The notes below the pieces were generated by a model. The model ran no database searches. It had not been told where the DNA came from and worked only from the letters and a program-made list of their open reading frames with translations. The translations under genes were made by a program, and so were the position numbers. Shown piece by piece: positions 58,821-64,000 of a stretch of DNA of 64,000 nucleotides. This stretch comes from Oscillospiraceae bacterium (GTDB lineage: Bacteria > Bacillota > Clostridia > Oscillospirales > CAG-382), in contig SVRW01000003.1 of assembly GCA_015064625.1 (NCBI GenBank), forward strand, positions 19,996 to 83,995. Reading direction: 5' to 3'. Numbering within the stretch: the first letter of the stretch is position 1; every line of letters begins with the position of its first letter.

Positions 58821-60563
58821 ATGACATTTTTAAATAAAAATAAGCGGACATTATTTCTTCTGCTTGCTTTGATTCTTCTGCTTGCCTCGTGTAACGGAAA
58901 CGAAGGAAGCTTTGAAAGTGAATATGTTTCCGAAGAATCCGTAGAGTCGGAAGCTTCAGAAGAAGAAATCTCTTTTGAAGCCCCTGATCAGTCTTTGGCG
59001 GATAATGGATTTATAGACCTCTCTTTCGTTGCTAACGAGGGTGGATACGTTTCGGGAAGCTTAAAGCAAGTCCTTGAGCAAGGAGAGCTTTCAAAAACCG
59101 TTACGGCAATTCCAAACCTTTGCTATCGCTTCAAGGAATGGAGCGACGGTGTTACGGAAGCTACGAGAAGCGGAGAGAGCTTTTCCGAAGATACCGTATT
59201 AACGGCTGTTTTTGAGTATTCAGGACTTCCCGAAATACACATTGAATATAAAAAATGGATAAATAAGCGATACCCCATAAGTGCAAGCTTCACCGTTAAA
59301 AATGCAAGCGGTATTTATGAATTTGAAAGTGCCACCGGTCAGATACAAGGCAGAGGAAATTCCACGTGGAATCATGCCAAAAAACCTTATAAGATTAAAT
59401 TTGATGAAAAAGTTAATCTTTTGGGAATAGGTTCGAACGCAAAAAAAGATTGGGTATTGCTGGCAAACCATGGAGACCAGTCTCTTTTCAGAAACTATCT
59501 TGCATATAATATAGCTCATAAAGCGGGAATTGGTTATAAAGCCACGTTGGTTGAGGTTTATCTTAACGGAAAATATAACGGTGTTTATATGCTGACGGGT
59601 AAGGTTGAAGAATCTCGCTTAGGCGTTGACGCAACGAAGGAAAAAGGCGGTTTTATAATCGAGCTTGACGATTATTATTCTGGCAAGGAAAATGTGGATT
59701 ACTTGAAGGTTGGCGCCGAGTATTATAGCCTTAAGTCTGATTATATCGATTCTGAACATATGAAAACAATAAAGCAATGCATAATTGATATAAATTCTGC
59801 CATTGCTACAAAGGATAAAGACCAAATTTGCGCTCTTATTGATATTGATTCATGTATCGATATGTATCTTTTGCAGGAATATACGAAAAATACTGACGTT
59901 GGCTGGTCAAGCTTTTATATGTATAAGCGGGATGAAGGCGATAAATTAAGATTCGGACCTGCCTGGGATTTTGATATTGCCATGGGTAACGATTACCGTC
60001 TTGATAAAGGAAGCTATGAAAATATTTATGTCGGCAGATATAGCGGTTTTACACAGCAGAATTGGTGGTTTATCTATCTTTGCCGAATGGAATGGTTCAG
60101 AGAGCTTGCGCTGGAAAGATGGAACACCGTTTTTTACGGCTACGTTGAAGATACCCTTGATGAATTGAAGGATTACGCAGAAATCAACTGGGAAGAACTG
60201 GAAAACAATTTTGTCCGTTGGAATATTTTCGGAAAACGTGTCAACTGTGAGCCTACTCAGATAATAAATCTGAGGTCATATCTTGAACATTACAGATACT
60301 TTATAGCTTGGACAGAGCTTCGTCTTGAATGGCTGGACAATTGTTATAACGATATTGACTTTTGGATGAAGGAAATAAACGATAGAACATATCCTCAATA
60401 TAAAGGCGGTAAAATTCCCGAAATAGAGCCTGATCCAAACGCTCCTGAAAAATCCGAAGAACCTGAATCTTCGGAAGAATCAGAAGACGTTGGGGATTAT
60501 GCAGAAATGCCTGTAACTTTTGAGAACGAGACAAAAAGAAAGCCTAAAAAGAAACCTTTATAA
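58821..60563 (+). CDS. lipoprotein CotH-family kinase with an InlB-B-like repeat
   Basis: lipobox LASC; YRFKEWSDG; GRGNSTW, YKIKF, WVLLAN, NGVY and WDFD. Confidence 0.88.
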   Translation: MTFLNKNKRTLFLLLALILLLASCNGNEGSFESEYVSEESVESEASEEEISFEAPDQSLADNGFIDLSFVANEGGYVSGSLKQVLEQGELSKTVTAIPNLCYRFKEWSDGVTEATRSGESFSEDTVLTAVFEYSGLPEIHIEYKKWINKRYPISASFTVKNASGIYEFESATGQIQGRGNSTWNHAKKPYKIKFDEKVNLLGIGSNAKKDWVLLANHGDQSLFRNYLAYNIAHKAGIGYKATLVEVYLNGKYNGVYMLTGKVEESRLGVDATKEKGGFIIELDDYYSGKENVDYLKVGAEYYSLKSDYIDSEHMKTIKQCIIDINSAIATKDKDQICALIDIDSCIDMYLLQEYTKNTDVGWSSFYMYKRDEGDKLRFGPAWDFDIAMGNDYRLDKGSYENIYVGRYSGFTQQNWWFIYLCRMEWFRELALERWNTVFYGYVEDTLDELKDYAEINWEELENNFVRWNIFGKRVNCEPTQIINLRSYLEHYRYFIAWTELRLEWLDNCYNDIDFWMKEINDRTYPQYKGGKIPEIEPDPNAPEKSEEPESSEESEDVGDYAEMPVTFENETKRKPKKKPL

Positions 60564-60569
60564 ATAAAA

Positions 60570-60610
60570 ATTGGGATGTAAAAACTTTTGCTTTTACATC
60601 CCGTTTTTTG
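60570..60610. terminator. bidirectional terminator
   Basis: GGGATGTAAAA...TTTTACATCCC with flanking A and T tracts. Confidence 0.8.
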
Positions 60611-60668
60611 TGTATTTGTTATTTGGCTAACAAGCTTTTTGTAAAATAGCTATAGCTTTTTAAAACAA

Positions 60669-61319
60669 TTATTTGTTTTCGTCAGCAACAATAGCAATTC
60701 CTGCAGATGCACCGATTCTGTTTGCGCCTGCATTGATAAGAGCCATAGCAGATGCATAATCTCTTACACCGCCTGATGCTTTGATAAAGCTGTTGTCTCC
60801 AACTGTAGCTTTGATGAGAGCAATGTCTTCAACGGTTGCGCTGCCTTTTGCAAAGCCTGTGCAGGTCTTTACGAAGTCAGCCTTTGCTTCTAAACAAAGC
60901 TTTGAAACGGCAACTTTTTCTTCATCTTCAAGAAGACCTGTTTCAATAATAACCTTGAGAGTTTTCTCTCCAATAGCTTCTTTAACAGCGGCAATATCAG
61001 CACGAACAAAATCATAATCCTTGTCCTTGAGCTTGCCGATATTTATAACCATATCGAATTCGTCACATCCATCTTTGAGAGCTTCTTTTGCTTCAAAAAC
61101 TTTTGTTTCTGTTTTTCCTGCTCCCAAGGGGAAGCCGATAACGGTACAAATTTTAACACTTGTATCTTTGAGATAATCCTTTGCAGCGGCTACGTTGCAA
61201 GGATTTACGCAAACGGAAGCGAAGGAATATTCAGCTGCTTCCATGCAAAGCTTTTTAAGTTCTTCTGCGGTTGCGGTAGGTTTAAGGAGTGTGTGGTCAA
61301 TGTAAGATGCAATTCCCAT
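60669..61319 (-). CDS. deoC: deoxyribose-phosphate aldolase
   Basis: IDHTLL, GFPLG, DMVIN, FVKT and KASGG. Confidence 0.97.
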   Translation of the reverse strand: MGIASYIDHTLLKPTATAEELKKLCMEAAEYSFASVCVNPCNVAAAKDYLKDTSVKICTVIGFPLGAGKTETKVFEAKEALKDGCDEFDMVINIGKLKDKDYDFVRADIAAVKEAIGEKTLKVIIETGLLEDEEKVAVSKLCLEAKADFVKTCTGFAKGSATVEDIALIKATVGDNSFIKASGGVRDYASAMALINAGANRIGASAGIAIVADENK

Positions 61320-61332
61320 TTTTATACCTCTC

Positions 61333-62358
61333 TTATTTTATTCTCATTATCCAGCCTTCAGGGGCTTCAATTCTGCCCATCTGGATTCCCGTAAGTGTAT
61401 CGTAAAGCTTTTTGGTGATGGGGCCCATTTCTTTATTGCTATCGGGAAATACGATTTCTTTTCCGTGGTCATTGATTATGCCAACTGGGGAGATAACTGC
61501 GGCTGTTCCGCAAAGTCCGCATTCTGCAAAATCAGAAAGCTCGTCCTTGTGAATTTCACGTTCTTCTGTTTTGAGACCAAGATATTTTTCAGCAACGTAA
61601 AGAAGTGAACGTCTTGTGATGGAGGGAAGAATTGTGTCGGATTTAGGTGTAACAACCGTTCCGTCTTTTGTTATGAAGATAATGTTTGCTCCACCTGTTT
61701 CTTCGATCTTGGTTTTGGTTGCGGCATCAAGATAAAGGTTTTCATCAAATCCTAAATCGTGGGCTTCAACAATGTTATAAAGGCTCATTGCATAGTTAAG
61801 ACCTGCTTTGATGTTACCTGTTCCTTTGGGAGCGGCTCTGTCGAGATCAGAAAGTCTGATGTTGAGAGGGCGAACACCGCCTTTGAAATAAGGCCCAACG
61901 GGAGTTACGAACATTCTGAACTGATATTCTTCTGCCGGTTTAACACCGATAACAGGGCTGCTACCGAACATATAAGGTCTGATGTAAAGAGTTGCTCCCG
62001 AACCGTAGGGGGGAACGAAATCCTCATTTGCTTCAACAACCTGTTTTACTGCATCAACGAACATTCCTTCGGGAAGTACTGGAATACGAAGTTTTACTGC
62101 GGAATCGTGGATTCTTTCAGCGTTAAGGTCGGGACGGAATGTTACGATATGTCCGTCTTCCGTTGTATATGCCTTGAGACCTTCAAAGCATGTCTGTGCA
62201 TATTGAAGAACGCCTGCACATTCGCTTATTGTGATGTTTGAATCTTCTGTAAGACCACCTTTGTCCCATGCACCGTTTTTATAGTTTGCAACGAAACGTG
62301 ATCTTGTCTTGATATAGCCAAACCCTAAGTTTGCCCAATCAATGTTTTGCTTTGTCAT
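61333..62358 (-). CDS. ilvE: branched-chain amino acid aminotransferase
   Basis: FEGLKAY, LYIRP, KAGLNY, ILPSITR and GTAAV. Confidence 0.96.
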   Translation of the reverse strand: MTKQNIDWANLGFGYIKTRSRFVANYKNGAWDKGGLTEDSNITISECAGVLQYAQTCFEGLKAYTTEDGHIVTFRPDLNAERIHDSAVKLRIPVLPEGMFVDAVKQVVEANEDFVPPYGSGATLYIRPYMFGSSPVIGVKPAEEYQFRMFVTPVGPYFKGGVRPLNIRLSDLDRAAPKGTGNIKAGLNYAMSLYNIVEAHDLGFDENLYLDAATKTKIEETGGANIIFITKDGTVVTPKSDTILPSITRRSLLYVAEKYLGLKTEEREIHKDELSDFAECGLCGTAAVISPVGIINDHGKEIVFPDSNKEMGPITKKLYDTLTGIQMGRIEAPEGWIMRIK

Positions 62359-62509
62359 GTTTTATGACCTCCTCGAATATAAGAATTGTTATTTTAAACA
62401 ACCAATTATCCCCATTATACCACTTTATTTTCAAGTATGCAATATATTTTCGATAATTTTTTCAAAAAAATATGTATAATATAAGATAATAAGACTTGGA
62501 GAGGTAAAA

Positions 62510-63274
62510 ATGTTTATTTACGAAAACGGAATTTTCAAATCTTCTCTTTTAATGGAGAAAAATATAAAACACGGTTTTTCTACAAGGCGTGGCGGAGTGA
62601 GTCGTTTGCCCTACACTTCTTCTATGAACGTAGGGTTTGGAAGGGGAGACGAGGACGACGTAGTTCTTAAAAATATAAAAATCCTTGAAGAGCTGTCTGG
62701 CATAAATAATTCAAAAATCGTTTATGCACCGCAAATACATTCAAGGATAATAAGAAAAATAGAAAATGAAGATTTTACATCACCTGTAGATGAATGTGAC
62801 GGATTCATCACAAATAAGAAGGGTATATCCCTTCTTATCAGAATGGCAGACTGTGTACCCGTATTGTTTTACGGTGGAAACGTGGTTTGTGCTGTCCATG
62901 CAGGCTGGAGAGGTACTGTTTTGGGAATATGCGAAGAAGCTGTGAAGCTTTTTTCAGAGTATGGCGTAAATCCCCAAGAAATAACTGTCGCAATAGGACA
63001 TTGTATTCACTCTTGTTGCTTTGAAGTAAAAGAGGATTTTGTGGAATCAGTTTCAAAGGAAAGAGGCGCAAATTTTGCTTTGCGACATATAAAAAAGTCG
63101 GAAAACGGATTTTATGCTGACCTTGTTTCGATGAATGAGGAAATCCTTAAAAATTCAGGCGTTATAAATATTGATTCAAGCTCACATTGTACCGCATGCA
63201 ACCCTGATCTTTTCCATTCTCATAGAAAAACAGGCGGACTCCGCGGAACAATGGGAGCGGTGATTTCTTTGTGA
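62510..63274 (+). CDS. pgeF: PgeF/YfiH-family laccase-domain protein
   Basis: RRGGVS, QIHS, ADCVP, HAGWRG and CT..SHR. Confidence 0.92.
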   Translation: MFIYENGIFKSSLLMEKNIKHGFSTRRGGVSRLPYTSSMNVGFGRGDEDDVVLKNIKILEELSGINNSKIVYAPQIHSRIIRKIENEDFTSPVDECDGFITNKKGISLLIRMADCVPVLFYGGNVVCAVHAGWRGTVLGICEEAVKLFSEYGVNPQEITVAIGHCIHSCCFEVKEDFVESVSKERGANFALRHIKKSENGFYADLVSMNEEILKNSGVINIDSSSHCTACNPDLFHSHRKTGGLRGTMGAVISL

Positions 63275-63423
63275 TAAATAATGAAATTTGAACTTTTTTT
63301 TAATAAAGTGTTGACAATAGCTTTGCTGTATGTTATTATTGGACATATAGATAACTTATTAGCTAATTGGTTTTAAATACATTTCTGAAAAATGACAATA
63401 AGCGATTTTGGAGAACACTTATT

Positions 63424-64000
63424 ATGAAAAAAGTTGCATTTTTTCTTTTGATAATTTTGATTTTTTGTTTATCTTCATGTGGTGAAGATAAATCTTCTAA
63501 AACTTCTGAAGATTCTTCTTCCGATGTTGTTTTAAAGCAAGACAAAGAGTCTTCAGTGGAAGACGCTTCATCAACTATTGAAGAAAAATCTGAAGAGATT
63601 TCAGAAGACCCGTCAACACTACCATCATATTTTTTGCTTTCAAAAATTGAAACAAAGGTTTCGTCGGGTACTAACAAAACAGAAATGAAGTACAACGAAG
63701 ATGGTTTGATTATTGAAAATGTTTCTTATGCAAAGGGAAAACTTAGTACCAAATACACATATGAATATAACGACAATGGAATTTTGATAGTCGAAGCACA
63801 TTATGCATATGACAATTCCGGAAACGTTTTTTATTACACCAAAAACACGTATTCTCACGATGAAGATGGTGTTTTGAAAAGTTGTGAACTTGACGAAAAC
63901 GGAGATTTGTATACTATTTCCTATGAATATGATTCGAAAGGAAGATTGTCTTCTTCACAGAAATCAAATAAAGATGGTGAGATTATATTACGTACAGAGT
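63424..64000 (+). CDS. lipoprotein with YD-like repeats (partial, runs off the window; not in the ORF track)
   Basis: MKKVAFFLL..LSSC lipobox; repeated YxYxYNDNG/YDNSG/YDSKG; promoter TTGACA-N17-TATTAT at 63311-63339. Confidence 0.75.
   Translation, partial: MKKVAFFLLIILIFCLSSCGEDKSSKTSEDSSSDVVLKQDKESSVEDASSTIEEKSEEISEDPSTLPSYFLLSKIETKVSSGTNKTEMKYNEDGLIIENVSYAKGKLSTKYTYEYNDNGILIVEAHYAYDNSGNVFYYTKNTYSHDEDGVLKSCELDENGDLYTISYEYDSKGRLSSSQKSNKDGEIILRTE

Overview
AT-rich chromosomal segment of a spore-forming Clostridia-class Firmicute; an uncultured gut or rumen lineage is an inference from gene content. Most of it is housekeeping: biotin ligase, ThuA sugar operon, trpS, a divergent type IIA topoisomerase pair, yybS-gdpP-rplI-dnaB-tilS-ftsH, spoIIGA-sigE, gap, an amino-acid ABC transporter, coaX with an ECF S component, rpsO-pnp, deoC, ilvE and pgeF. 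I found no rRNA, tRNA, CRISPR array, integrase or transposase. The most interesting signals are: (1) a ~290-nt structured transcript with its own perfect sigmaA promoter, crossing long-range helices and a terminator, directly upstream of a SLOG/DUF1273-like gene (41576-42380, minus strand); (2) two five-hairpin arrays with variable stems and a conserved RTGAART linker, part of a modular repeat family placed right after stop codons; (3) an Ile-specifier T-box controlling an XRE-cupin/acyl-CoA synthetase fusion; (4) a PqqD/RRE + S26 peptidase + nucleotidyltransferase module with no visible precursor peptide; (5) a lipoprotein CotH kinase plus several exported proteins with S-x-E-rich linkers; (6) an unannotated 28-aa Cys-rich microprotein between two PASTA-GHL10 paralogues. 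All functional calls come from motif recognition by eye; no searches were run.
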